64,000 nt of DNA from Mytilus edulis (GCF_963676685.1 NC_092354.1:64170001-64234000); one strand, 5' to 3'. Numbered from the stretch's first letter, positions 1 to 13,000 are shown. Notes: generated by a model from the sequence alone, not told the origin. Numbers and translations are program-made.

Positions 1-280
1 CAAAATGCTGGTACGTTTTTAATATGCGTTTGTACGGTATAACTCAAAAGTTATTTTTTATCCTGTGAATTCGAAATGCATAAATCTCGAAGCAAGTATA
101 AGATATGTTCTTGTTAAATCAATTAACTCACAACTTGGATCATCAACATTTGTTTATTATCATTCATTGTTTTTTCGAGCAATTTATTTTGTAAAAGGGT
201 TCAATATTTATTTTTTGACATACCTTTTCTGACAGTGTATTGTCGGCATGATAGTTTCAAATCAATTATATTTATCTAAT

Positions 281-490
281 TATGTAAAGCAACTTATTTT
301 CGCGGGTTCATTATTTCGCGTTTGACACCTACCTTCACACTTCGATGCGATTTAATTCTATTATGTTAAATTTATTTCATGCACTTAAATAAGAAAAATT
401 TTACATATTGTTGACAATTTACATTCACGTTATTTTAACTCACGAAAGTTGCGAAAATTAAACGCTCGCGAAAATTATTTGGTTTACATA
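281..490. mobile_element. Tc1/mariner-type MITE
   Basis: Imperfect TIRs tatgtaaagcaacttattttcgcg ... cgcgaaaattatttggtttacata, TA at both ends, non-coding. Confidence 0.55.
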
Positions 491-869
491 AATTAATTAT
501 AACTTTAGTTTGATACGTTGTTTCTTGTCATTAATTTTGCCTAAACTATAATGCTTGAAATAATAATACATATTAACCCCTTTAGATTATGTGTATGACA
601 AAAACTCTCATTTAAGGTACCGCAAAGGAAACATTAGTAGATGCAATTAACACCCTGCAGAAGGCATACAAACTGCTTGGTAATAGTAAGTAATGTTAAA
701 ATTTGTTATACAAGTTTTCCAAATAAATATAATACTAATGTACAATAATTTTCTATTTATTTATTGAGGAAAAGATCAACTATAATTGAGTCAAGTAAAA
801 CTCCTCGTGGATTTTATTGAAATAGTTCATAGAAGGATCACAGATAGATTAAAGTTCTCTTTTAAAGTT

Positions 870-1077
870 ATGAATTTATGTGCGGTATGCGGAAGGTATT
901 TGAAAGATTGCGCATTAATTTTATAAGGGAGATTTTGTATAAGTTGTATACTATTGCCGTTAACCGGTTTGGCGGTCAGTATAAAAGTAAATTGAACGGG
1001 TTTTTAGTTATCGAGGACTGGGTAGTGACCACATACGCGCACGTCATATATATATATAGGTAGAAGTTTATTTTCAT
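870..1077 (+). repeat. Split direct repeat A1
   Basis: Near-identical to 5137-5342 (2 substitutions plus one AT indel seen). Confidence 0.95.
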
Positions 1078-1078
1078 C

Positions 1079-1845
1079 ATGTCCGATATGGAGCCAGACA
1101 ACTTATTGAATGATATTCAACCTGAAGTTGGTTCACATGCTGCGGTTCCTGATGAGGAGATTTCCAATGCTGATTTGCTTTCGCGTTTGCAAAACTACTT
1201 TGGTAAGAAATTGTCGGGGATTGAAAGAAATTTTGCTGACACTACTCAAGATTTAGCCCGTAAAGTCAAGAACACCGAGAATAATTTACGATACAAAGAA
1301 AATCAGGTGCAGTTTGATATAAATTCAGACATTTTAGACAATATTAGTGGCGCTTTAGAAACTTGCATCATAAGAGATATTCCAAGGCCGTTTCGTTGTT
1401 GGAGGAGTCTGAAAAGGTGTTAAAGAAGAGAAACAAACTGATCCGTATAGCGGACAAGTCAGAGGCAGGATGGAAAACCGTTGATGAATATCTTTCTGAC
1501 GAGGTAGCTAGCACTTCAGAAGATGAGAAGAAGATACGAGCTGCAGAGACGAAAGCCGTGAAGAAGATGAAAGTAACAAAGGGTAGTAGCGGTAACAGAA
1601 GTGTAAAGAAAAGACCCGCTGAAGCTACTGGCGGTCCGTCTTCAGTCGCTCGTGGAGCTGAATGTGTTGCAACTGTTTCACAGCCGCCCTTTTGTGTTGG
1701 CGGGGCATCGGGCCCTAATTCAAGATTCGTCAGATCAAAAGCCAGAGACATCTGCTACAAATGTGGGTTGTATGGGCATTGGGCCAAGGAATGCAAGAAC
1801 GGAGGGAACAGTAACTACACATCTTCCAGAGGGTCTTCTGCATAA
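1079..1845 (+). pseudogene. gag-like ORF of the DIRS-order element (frameshifted near 1363)
   Basis: Two overlapping ORFs; RNKLIRIADKSEAGWKTVDEY gag motif and CYKCGLYGHWAKEC zinc knuckle. Confidence 0.85.
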
Positions 1846-1889
1846 AAGAAATTCGGACATTTTACAGGTACAAAGGGTCTCTATGAAAT

Positions 1890-2144
1890 CTGTTAAAATA
1901 TGGAAAAATAAAGGTTGGCAGGTAGGTAAAACTTACATAAATGAAAAGATAAATAAAAAATGAACAGATTGATGCCCGATTTATATAATTCTAAGGCCGT
2001 CAGTCGGCACCAGAAGCGACGAAGCAGCGCATCTATTTTGGGTGGGCAAATATCCACTTGTTGATATGGGACGAGCTCTGACGTCCCACGGCCCCAGCTT
2101 GTCTGGCAAAACAGCCGTTGGACGTCAGAGTAATCTCGGACTAG
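1890..2144 (+). mobile_element. Foreign insert ending in hairpin plus CTAG (Helitron-like 3' end), in place of the RT N-terminus
   Basis: 17-bp stem 2076-2092 / 2114-2130 (1 mismatch), then 10 nt and CTAG at 2141-2144; left boundary approximate. Confidence 0.45.
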
Positions 2145-2189
2145 AAAACAGCTAGTCAGTTTTTAACTTCGAATTGTTTTGGATTCGTC

Positions 2190-3533
2190 TTTGATCTTAA
2201 GTCTGGTTATCATCACATAAATATCTTTCCTAATCATCAAAAATATTTGGGATTTTCATGGAAATTTGGTAATTCTGTAAAATATTACGTTTTTACTGTT
2301 TTGCCATTTGGGCTTTCATCAGCAGGGTACATTTTTACAAAGGTAGTTCGTCCTTTGGTAAAACATTGGCGTAAGGATGATATTAAGATAACTGTTTATT
2401 TGGACGATGGCTTGGCGTTAGCAGAAGAAGAACAGGTATGTGCACAACAAGCTGTACGGGTGAAACATGACTAGATTTTGTCTGGATTTGTACCCAATAA
2501 AGATAAGTGTATTTGGAGGCCTGTCCAGAATTAAGTCTGGCTTGGATTTATATGGGATTTGAAGCTTTGTCTATTTCAATTGCTTCCAGAGAAAGTGGCA
2601 AATCTTGTAGATTTAGCAGGAGTAATTTTAGAACAGCCTCAAAAAGTGAAAATAAGGTTGCTTGCGAAATTTTGTGGTAAAATAATTTCTGTTACCCCAG
2701 TTATAGGAAATGTCACACAGATAATGACTAGGTGCATTTTTTCAGTGATTAACAGTAGAGATGAGTGGGATCAATTTGTAGATTTGAATTTTTATTCAGG
2801 TTCTATACGAGAAATTTTATTTTGGAGACAAAATGTCGTTAGTTTAAAGCCTGTGGCAATCTTGCGAGAAATTTCAGATTTTAAAGTGTTCACTGACGCC
2901 AGTGATGGTGCAGCTGCAGGTTTTGTAGCTAATTCTGATTATATCATGCACAAGCAGTGGTTGAAGCATGAAGCTATTAAAAGTTTCACTTGGAGAGAAT
3001 TGAAAGCTATTGAACTGTCTATAGATAGCTTTAAGCATTTACTATCGAATAGTTTAGTTTCGTTTTTCACAGATAACCAAAATGCTGTTGGTATTATTCA
3101 GAAAGGTAGCAAAGTACCAGAATTGCAAACGTTGGCTTTGTCAATATTTAGTATTTGTGTTTCTTGTAATATTTCGTTACATCCAGAATGGATCCCGAGG
3201 GAAGATAACGAAAAAGCAGACGCTTTGAGTAGGATCGTCGATATTGACGATTGGGGTATTTTGTTTGAATTTTTCAACTTCATAGATAGATTATGGGGAT
3301 TACATACAGTTGATAGATTCGCTAATATGAACAATGCGAAACTCGGGAGATTTAATTCTCTATTTTGGAATCCGGGTACGAGTGCAATTGATGCTTTTAC
3401 TTGTAATTGGAAGGGGGATAATAATCGGTTAGTCCCTCCTGTTAATCTAGTTAGCAAATGCATCAATCATTTAACTAATTGCACGGCAGTAGGAACATTA
3501 ATCGTTCCGAAATGGCCATCGTCTGCGTGTTGA
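2190..3533 (+). pseudogene. pol remnant: RT (YLDD), RNase H and Dam-like methyltransferase domain
   Basis: FDLKSGYHH..VLPFGLSSA..YLDDG; FTDASD..RELKAI..TDNQN..WIPREDNEKADALSR; VDRFA..DAF..LVPP..LIVPKWPS; internal stops at 2472 and ~2532. Confidence 0.88.
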
Positions 3534-3931
3534 CCTCTTTTATTTAAGGAAAATTTAGAATATGCTTGGTTTGTCAGAGATGTTTTAGATGTTCGTTTGG
3601 ATGCATCTCAGATGAATTAATATGTTGTTTATTATTTACAGATTTTGGATGTTGCACCACTGGGTGTTTTTTATGTACTGATTACGCTGGACTGCCTTAA
3701 AGGTTGCTGGATCATGTATGTGTTTAGAGGTCACTGGACCATATGTTTTAAAAAGTGTCACTGGACGTACATCTTCTAAGATGTGTTGCCTATTTGCATT
3801 GTGTAGTGTTGGTCACAGGACCATATAGAAATCATAACGGTATGTATTGATTATATAATACATTTTTTATGGGAGTGTTTATTTGATTACAGAAAATATT
3901 TTCTACTGGATTCTGGTCTGAAAATGAAAAA

Positions 3932-4913
3932 GTGGCACATCCTGAGCTTCGTGTGCTTTTACATAATTTGCCAACAACTGTAACTGATGCTAGAGCTAAA
4001 TCTACAGTAGACAAATATAGTGGTGGTTTTAAAAGATTTGCCAAATGGACAGAAAAGTATCGTGAAATAACTTGTACTTTACCAGGCAAAGAAATTTATG
4101 TTGGTCTTTATCTGCAAAATTTAATAGAATCTGCAAATCATTTTAGTTTAATAAAGTCTGCATTTTATAGTATCAGATGGGCACACAATTTAGCTGGTGT
4201 AAAAAATCCTTGCGACTCAGATTTAATTTGTTCAATAGTTGAGTCAGCAAGAAAAACACTTTCTAGACCTATTAAGAAAAACGAACCTGTGACACCTGAT
4301 ATTATGATTAAATTGTTTGCTAGATATAATACTTCCAATAGCACACTCAAAGATTTACGTTTACTTACTATCTGTTCTATAGCTTATACTGGTTTTTTAC
4401 GTTTTAATGAATTATGTAACATTAAAGCCAAACATATAAGTTTTTGTGATGGTTATATAGATATTTTTGTCGAAAGAAGCAAAACAGATTGTTATAGAAA
4501 AGGCAACCATGTTTTGATATCAAATCTAGAAAGTCCACAATGTCCTGTTGCTTTACTTTCAAACTATTTAGATGTAGCAAATATAGATATGAAGTCCGAT
4601 ATGTATATTTTTAGATCGATCTCGTTTTTTTAAGAATCGTAATGTATTTTCATTAAGAAAGAAAAATGTATGTCTGTCGTACACTAGAACTAGAGAAATC
4701 GTATCTATGGCATTAGCTGATTTTGGCTGTAGTAAAACTGATTTTGGTTTACATAGCTTCAGAGCTTGAGGGGCAACAGCCGCCGCTCAGAATGGTATAT
4801 CTGATAGATTATTTAAAATGCACGGTCGCTGGAAATCAGATAGAGCCAAAGACGGATATGTGGTAGGAAATTTACAAAAGCGTTTATCAGTTTCTAAACA
4901 TCTTGGAATTTAG
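3932..4913 (+). pseudogene. Tyrosine recombinase of the DIRS-order element
   Basis: YTGFLRFNEL (catalytic R), SKTD, then after a frameshift at ~4630 HSFRA*GAT..HGRWKS..DGYV; stop at 4911-4913. Confidence 0.9.
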
Positions 4914-4949
4914 TTACTTGTATATTTCTGTCTACTTTCTTTGTGCGTC

Positions 4950-5342
4950 GAGGTGGTCACTGCGCAATTCAGTATCCAAACTTGTATTTGTTTTATTGAT
5001 TTTAGAAAGTAAAGGCTAATGTTGAAGTGTAAATAATTGGATGTGCTCAGTTATTTACACATATGTTCAAAATAGATGGAGCATTTTAGCACATAAATAC
5101 TTTATGTTTGGTTAAACAACGTGCATTAAAACATAAATGAATTAATGTGCGGTATGCGGAAGGTATTTGAAAGATTGCGCATTAATTTTATAAGGGAGAT
5201 TTTGTATAAGTTGTATACTATTGCCGTTAACCGGTTTGGCGGTCAGTATAAAAGTAAATTGCACGGGTTTTTAGTTATCGAGGACTGGGTAGTGACCACA
5301 TACGCGCACGTCATATATATATAGGTAGAAGTTTATTTTCAT
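4950..5342 (+). repeat. Internal B1-A2 repeat junction of the DIRS-order element
   Basis: B1 4950-5136 abuts A2 5137-5342. Confidence 0.93.
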
Positions 5343-5548
5343 TTTTTTTTTTTGTATACAAAATATTTGTATTCAAGTTTTATGTAGAACAGTATTTAAA
5401 AGTGTTGTATTTATTTTGTAGATTATTTTGTTGCAGAACATATTGTCCAAGATTCTGACATCTTGTGTTTTTGATGGGACTTTTATTATTTTAGTTTGAT
5501 AGACTAAAATGCAGATCAGATACATTTTGTATAAGAAATAAAATTTTA

Positions 5549-5735
5549 GAGGTGGTCACTGCGCCATTCAGTATCCAAACTTGTGTTTGTTTTATTGATT
5601 TTAGAAAGTAGAGGCTAATGTTGAAGTGTAAATAATTGGATGTGCTCAGTTATTTACACATATGTTCAAAATAGATGGAGCATTTTAGCACATAAATACT
5701 TTATGTTTGGTTAAACAACGTGCATTAAAACATAA
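5549..5735 (+). repeat. Split direct repeat B2 (3' terminus)
   Basis: 187 bp, 3 substitutions versus B1. Confidence 0.95.
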
Positions 5736-5988
5736 GGTATTATAACACCCAAACGCATGCAACATTACGAAAATGCCTGTAAAAGAATGCGCGCAAATGT
5801 AATGAACAGAAACAATGAATACATTGTAAGCTAATGCATATCTAGACGTCAATGAAATTAAACAATTAATAAAAATGTCACCGTATTATTAATTTTTTTT
5901 TCTTCTAGTTTTCACAAAATATGAACAATTGTTTTACAGCAAAACTGATGCAGTTGTGTAATTTTCTTCTTGTTTCTTTTAAAAATAG

Positions 5989-6392
5989 CATATCCACCTA
6001 TCCGTACCTGTAGAGTTGCATTTCATGCAAGATTGAAACCCAGTGTTACCCTTGGTTCGAAACAGATTGTTGTTTTTGATGACGTTATAACCAATATTGG
6101 TCAAGCATATGACCAACACTCGGGTTTTTTCACAGCGCCTTGTGATGGCATATATTTCTTTGCCTGTACATTTCTGAGAGGTAGAGGTGTTGAGTTAAAT
6201 CTTCAAATGGTTAAAAACAACAACGAAATATCGCGGGGTCATGCGGCAACTGGTGGAGGATCACAAACAGGGTCAATGAATGCAGTTGTATATCTCCGCA
6301 AGGGAGATGTTGTCAAAATACGTCATTTCCCTGGCGTAGGATCGGAAAATATACATGACGATTGGTGCTTCTTTACGGGCTACAGTGTATAA
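5989..6392 (+). CDS. C1q-domain-containing (C1qDC) protein, terminal exon encoding the gC1q domain
   Basis: VAFHA..IVVFDDVITNIGQAYD..SGFFTAPCDGIYFF..LRKGDVV..FTGY; pyrimidine tract plus AG acceptor at 5987-5988; ATTAAA at 6402-6407. Confidence 0.92.
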
Positions 6393-7854
6393 TATATGAC
6401 TATTAAAAATATTTATATTGAATCTGTTTTGTCTTCAATTTATAAAATTGATACGGTTTAGTGATCAAATATGTCTTTGGTGAACAAAATCAAAATACCA
6501 TTGGATAACATTGCCACAGATCAAGAATAGTTTAATGGACCTTGCATATAATTTTGAACACAAACGCACATGAAAAATCATTTTAAATTTGAGGAAAAGT
6601 TTGAGTCATTCCTTTGAATTCATGATCATTTAAAGATAGTTGCAAGGACATGTTTTTCGACAGTTCTTAGTATTACATCAACAGATTACAGAAATCACCT
6701 TATTTCACCAGACCACATACATACGCCATAAGTACTTGTTCAAAAATAACATGCGTACAAACAAAAAACAACAGGACACAGCCCAAACAACCAGACTTAG
6801 TACATATGCAAAATGGAGTAAACTTAAACGCAGAATAATATGTCGTTCTTCACAAACCCTAATTGAACAGTATATTTTTGGCAAAAGCACACCCTGGTAA
6901 TGCACTCTTATTTGATAACAACGTGTTCGAGGTATCGTATCGGGGATGTATGTAATCTCAATCCGATGGGTAATAATGTATTATACTGCAGGGAAATGTG
7001 TTGCCGTTGGGCAAATGAGATACAAACATTTAACGAGAAGTAGAATTATATATGATATGCCAATATAAGCGAAAGTTAATTGATTAGAAAGATGTTTTTT
7101 TGTATTTGTCTTTCATTATAAAAAAAAAGAAGATATGGTATAAAGGCCAATGAGAAAACTGTCCAGAAGAGACCAACATAATACAGAAATTAACAACTAA
7201 TGGTCACCGTACGGTCTTTAATAATGAGTAAAGCCCATGCCGCATAGTCAGCTATAAAAGGCCCCGAAATGACAATGTAAAACAATTCAAACAAGAAAAC
7301 TAACGGCCTTATTTATGTAAAAAAATGAACGAAAAACAAATATATAACACATATAAAAAGTACAACATAAGAACGAACTATAAAAATCAGTTAAAAACAG
7401 CTTAACTCATCAGATGGACATAAATACAAGTGGACGTGGCCGGGTACTTGTACATACCAACAACAAAATGACACTAGGAACAGACCTGAGAGTATTCGCA
7501 GTTATCCGACAGCTAGTTCAAAGCCACTAACAACTAATAAAAAAATCATGAATCTAAAACTAAAATATCAATCCGTACACATCCAAAAATTCAATGGATT
7601 CAGTGTAAAAAGTGACCTTGAGCACTTCCAAGATACATTTATGGACAGATTGTAGATCCATGAATGTGTATATGTATATAACATACTAGTAATATTTAGT
7701 TTGGTTTTTAATTTACTGATAACAAAATCAATATTTATACCATAAAAACAAATTCAATGATCTTATTACAGTGTTGAATTGGTAACCTTTTAGAATAAGT
7801 TTATTAAAAGGAGCGGTAAGTTTACAAGGATCATGTCATATTTTCCGGGCACAG

Positions 7855-8203
7855 TATACTGGGTCGATACCACTGCTGGTAGACGTTTCGTCCCTGAGGT
7901 TATCACCAGCCCAGTAGTCGCACCGAAGTGTTGACATGAATATCAATAATGTGGTTATTTTTACAAATTTCCTGTTTACCAAACTTTGAATTTTCCGAAA
8001 AACTAAAGAGTTTCTTATCCCAGGAATAGATTACCTTAACCGTATTAGGCACAACTTTTTTGAATTTTGGATCCTTAATGTTCTTCAACTTTGTACTTGT
8101 TTGGCTTTATAAATATTTTGATATGAGCGTCACTGATGAGTTTTATGTAGACGAAACGCGCTTCTGCCGTACTAAATTATAATCCTGGTACCTTTGATAA
8201 TTA
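7855..8203 (+). ncRNA. Non-LTR retrozyme monomer with type I hammerhead ribozyme (8126-8172), mutated
   Basis: gcgtca CTGATGA gt..ac GAAA cgcgc TTC tgccgt; homologous to 17310-17930; absent from the paralogous PLE copy at ~31190. Confidence 0.75.
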
Positions 8204-9039
8204 TTAACAACTTTTTAGTAAAAAAGAGGATGTGCTATTCCGTTTGAAATAAGTTTTCTACAGGTACAACCAAACTTCCAAACCAAATTTTTATATCTAT
8301 GGAAAAATTTAGTTAAGGTTTTAAGTAATCTATGGTAATCCAGGGTTTAATAATTAACCAGTAATACATAGATTACGTGCGTTAAAATAAAAAACGTCAC
8401 AACAGACACGGGCATAGCGAACGAGCTGTGATAAATAAACACCGTCAGATAGTGCCAACGGAACATCACCATCTAAAAATTTAAAATTAATAATAGGGGA
8501 CAAAAACATCGTCCTTTTTGTCGTAAATTTTAGTGTGGAGTTTCCCGTTTAAAACCGAAATATCTAAATTTAGGAAAGGACAGTTATTACAGTTTAAATT
8601 AATTCATCTAAAGTAAGTTCCTTGGGGTAAATTTCAGCAGTATATTGAGAAAATTCTTGATTATTTAACGAAAAAATATCATCAAGATAACGGTTAGTGT
8701 TGTTGAATTTATCAATTAAATGCAATTTCGACGGATCTTTACTGAGTTTAGTCATAAATTGTGATTCGTAACAGTACAATAACAAGTCTGCTATAAAAGG
8801 AGCACAATTAGTGCCCATAGGGATACCTACAACTTGTCGATAATTTTTTTGCCGAAACGTACATAACTTTTATCAAGGAGAAAATTAACAGCTTCAATCA
8901 TCTCATCACACCTCCAGTAAGTATACCTAGCATATTTACCTTTCTCTTTAGAGAATAAGGCTTTGAATGAGTTGCAGCAAATATATTTGCATTCAGCTTT
9001 ACCAAACGACCAATTAATTGAATAGAAAAACTTTTGTTT

Positions 9040-9205
9040 AAGAGGCGAATTTAGGGTAGGGGGGGGCACCGGGGGCCCGGGCCCCCCCTTTTTGGGAAAA
9101 AAATTGGTTGCTTATATAGGGAATCACTGAAGCGTGACTGGAGCGGGCCCCCTCTTAGGTTAGTCAGTGGGCCCCCACTTATGAAAATTTCTGGATCCGC
9201 CACTG
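9040..9205. mobile_element. GC-rich MITE inserted in the PLE RT
   Basis: Termini (a)agaggcgaat ... atccgccactg; tgttt on both flanks; interrupts the RT frame. Confidence 0.65.
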
Positions 9206-9309
9206 TGTTTGATAAGATAGTGTGGAAGTGTAGTGTAAAGAGTAGAATAATCAAAACTGTCAACAGAATCAAAAGGATCATCAAAAGTACGTAATTTATC
9301 TAAAACATC

Positions 9310-9841
9310 TAAGATGTCTATACCAAATAAATACTAATTCCTTCCGTTCAAATCTCTTTATTCAGGTACGAAAAGATTAACTACAAAATAAAAGATAAAA
9401 CACACTAAATTCTACTATCAAAACTAACATTTTCTGAATTAATACATTACAAAATGGCAACTATCATAACATTTACGGTAGTAACATACACTTGTTCTCT
9501 TTCAAAAAAGTAATAGCATGAACATTTACGGTAAATAATTGCCAAATTATCAAGGTCAAGTTTTATCAGTTTTACATCAATCAAACTCAAAATTTCTAAC
9601 TTTAAACATGAAAGATAATTTATCTGTAATAAATAAAAGAAACATACCATATTGGTTGACTCTGGTATTCCTTATTTTCATCATAATCAAAGATTTTCAC
9701 CAAGCACGTTTCGTGCAAATTCCCTGAAGAGGTTCATTAAAGTAAAGGGAAAGTAATTTATTTCAAAATAGAACATCACTAATTACCAAAAAATACAACA
9801 ATAGGAAACAACGGTTTTTGTTCTCAAATTTGGCCGCTACA
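9310..9841 (-). repeat. 3' LTR of the BEL element
   Basis: Starts TGTAGCGG on the minus strand after the PPT; 9663-9841 matches 15770-15948 with about 7 differences; AATAAA near its end. Confidence 0.88.
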
Positions 9842-10018
9842 TTCCAGCCCCTTAATTGTGGTCTTAAAGAACTCAATTATCAAAAATTATAAGGAGGCCA
9901 AATAATTTCCCAATTTAAGTGACAATCAATAAACTAAACCTTTATATAGTCCATTTATACAACAAAGTACTTTTAAACACAAGTTACTGTTCTAACATGA
10001 CTAGTTCAAACTATGACT

Positions 10019-13000
10019 CTAAATATCAGCTTCTAATACCAAACACAACTTTGCAATGGGTCGTAATAAAGTTGTTGGATATGTTTTCAGCCTCACTATA
10101 CGAACATTGTCCGATTTGTCCTTTAGTACTCCAATGATTCTCCCTAAGTTCCAAAGGTTTCTCGGTGTATTATCCTGGATCAATACAATGTCTCCTATTT
10201 TCAAGGTTCGCTTTTCAGAGTTCCACTTTTGCCTACTTTGTAATAAAGGCAAATATTCATGAGTCCATCTCTTTCAGAAAATGTCTGCTAGATATTGTAT
10301 TTGTCGCCAACGTCTTCTTACGTAATTGTCTGTTTTACAAAAAGTTCCTGGAGGAAAGTATTCGCCAGGTCTTAATAAGAGAATATGATTCGGAGTAAGC
10401 ACCTTTAAATCGTCTACGTGTTCAGATACTTCAGAAATCGGACGGTTATTCAAGATTGCTTCCACTTCACAAAACAATGTATTTAGATTTTCATCGTTCA
10501 ATAGAAGACTCTGCTCTTGCATGACAGAATATAACACCTTTCTTACTGATCTTATTAATCTCTCCCACACGCCTCCAAAGTGTGACGCGGCAGGAGGGTT
10601 GAATGCCCATTTTATACTTTTCTGAAGCATGAAATTATTTATCTTGTCTATGTTCTATCTTTCTATTTCTTCTCTAATTTCTCTTTCTGCTCCAACTAGA
10701 TTTGTTCCGTTATCTGATCTTATGAATTCTGGATTTCCTCTGCGAGATATCAAACGTCTGATTGCGTTTATACAAGAATCTGTATCCATAGAATGTGCGA
10801 TTTCCAAGTGAACGGCACGAATGGAGAGACAAGTAAAGATAACCCCATAGCGTTTCACTAAACTTCTTCCTTGGTTGATCTGAAACGGTCCAAAAAAGTC
10901 CATTCCAACCATCGTAAATGGTGGTTTATCGGATATAAGTCTCTCTTTTGGTAAATTAGCCATTTTTTGGTCAACAAATGGTGCACAGTACTTCCTACAG
11001 ATTACACATTTTGATACTATTCCTTTAATCATACAGCTAGCACCAATAATCCAAAAATTTTGCCTTAGTTGCGCCAGAATTGAGTTTTTACCCAAGTGTC
11101 CTACTGAACGGTGAATGTCTTCAATGATCAACTTTGAAATGTTAGAGTCTTTCGGTGATAATATTTGATGTTTCGCATCATACGGTAAATCAGCAAGCTC
11201 TAATCTTCCTCCTACTCTTAACAAACCATGCTCGTCTATAAATGGATTAAGTTTGAAGAGTTTAGATGACTTCTTTAACACTTTACCTCGGTCGATATTT
11301 TGAAGTACATGTATTTCTTCTTCAAAGTGAACACTTTGCTCATATTTAATGATAGCTATTTCTGATCTATTAAGAGTTTCAGTTGTCGGTAACGTGATCT
11401 GAACATCTTTCGTTACTCCGTTCAATGATTTTCTAAATGTTCGTTCATTCTGATTATCCACTGAGTTCTCACTTTCTGACTGACGTCTGTTTCTTATCTG
11501 TTTTCTTTTCTTAACGAGTTTCCTAAAGTTGTCCAACGCAATAAATAACCAACTAGTTATTTTCTTCGGTTTCTTCCATTCTGAGAATAGAGAGAACAGT
11601 CTATCTAATCCGTGATGTTCGCTTGACAATATTGTAGTGTTAACGACTCGTTTCACTTCTTTATCTTCATCAATAATAGTCTTGTCTATGTGCCCTTCTG
11701 GCCATTCTATTTCTGGTTTCCAAAGATACTCTGGTCCATTGAACCAGTCTGGGTTTGATTCAAACTTTGAAACTGACATTCCCCTAGATGCATAATCGGC
11801 GGGATTAAGCTTTGTATTTATATACTTCCACTGATCAACAATTGTAGCTTCATGAATGATATCTAAGCGGTTTGCAACGAAAGTGTGGAAACATATATTC
11901 TGATTGCTGATATAGCGTAATACTGACATACTGTCTGTCCAAAAGAATGTTTTGTCTATGCTGTAGTTTAACTCCTCTAATATTACTTTACTTAGTTTTA
12001 CTGCTCGAGTTGCGGCTGTAAGTTCCATCCTAGGTATAGTTACCTTTTTCAATGGTGCTACCCGAGACTTGCCGAGTACAAAAGAACAATGAATCATACC
12101 TTCATCATCAACAAGACGTAAATAAAATGCCATTCCGTAGCCAATTTCACTAGCATCAGAAAAGCAATGAAGCTGAGATGAAACAACCTTTCCAAAGTTT
12201 TCAGGTTTATAGCACCTGTCTATTCTCGCGTTCTCAAGGTCAGAAAGCTGATCTAACCAATCGTTCCATTTCTTTAAATCAGGTCCTGTAAGTTCTTTAT
12301 CCCAACTAAACCCTTGTCTACACAAACCCTGTAGAATAGATTTTGCATTCAGCACGTACGGCGATATAATTCCTAAAGGATCGTATACTGAACTAGTTAT
12401 TGAAAGAATACTTCTTCTAGTCGCTATCTTTTCTTTGCACTTAATTCTGAATCCAAGAGTGTCAGTCTCTATAAACCATTGCACACCTAATGCTCGTTCA
12501 ACCGGGAGGTCATCCTCAAGACTCCACTGCTTGACCTCTTTGGCACGCTCCTCCTCTGGTATCGATTTAATTACGAGTGGGCTGTTACTGATACATTTTG
12601 TCATATGAAATCCACCCTTTTCACACAAAGAAGTTACGTTCTTTATCAACGATATTGCTTCAACGTCAGTCGATAATGACGAAAGACAATCATCAACATA
12701 CATGCTCTTAGTTATTGTGTGTGCTACTTCTTTGTCATAATATTCACCGAAGTCTTCAGCTGTTTTTTTAGCGCATAGTTACAGCAACTTGGTGATGATG
12801 TGGCACCGAACAAATGCACGGTCATTCTATACTGTTCCGGTTCATTCTCCATGTTACCGTTTGGCCACCAAAAGAATCTTAAACAGTCTCTATCAAGTGG
12901 TGGCACTTTCACCTGGTGAAACATAGCTTCTATATCTCCTAAAATTGCAACTTTCTCTTCACGGAATCTTATGAGAACACCTAGAAGGTTATTAGTGAGA

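Larger units (their letters stand above)
870..5735 (+). mobile_element. DIRS-order tyrosine-recombinase retrotransposon with split direct repeats (PAT/Ngaro architecture), degenerate
   Basis: Repeat A1 870-1077 matches A2 5137-5342; B1 4950-5136 matches B2 5549-5735 (order A1-ORFs-B1-A2-B2); gag with CCHC, RT, RNase H, MT-like and YR coding remnants. Confidence 0.93.

Noticed and set aside
618-687. Candidate upstream coding exon of the C1qDC gene (tttaag ... gtaagt)
   Set aside because: The helical-looking frame (TAKETLVDAINTLQKAY) is not phase-compatible with the gC1q exon and hits stops; it cannot be supported without transcripts
878-1063. 61-aa ORF
   Set aside because: It lies within terminal repeat A1 and has no recognisable motif
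6900-7010. Possible additional PLE RT fragment (PMGNN-like)
   Set aside because: Too short and degenerate to call
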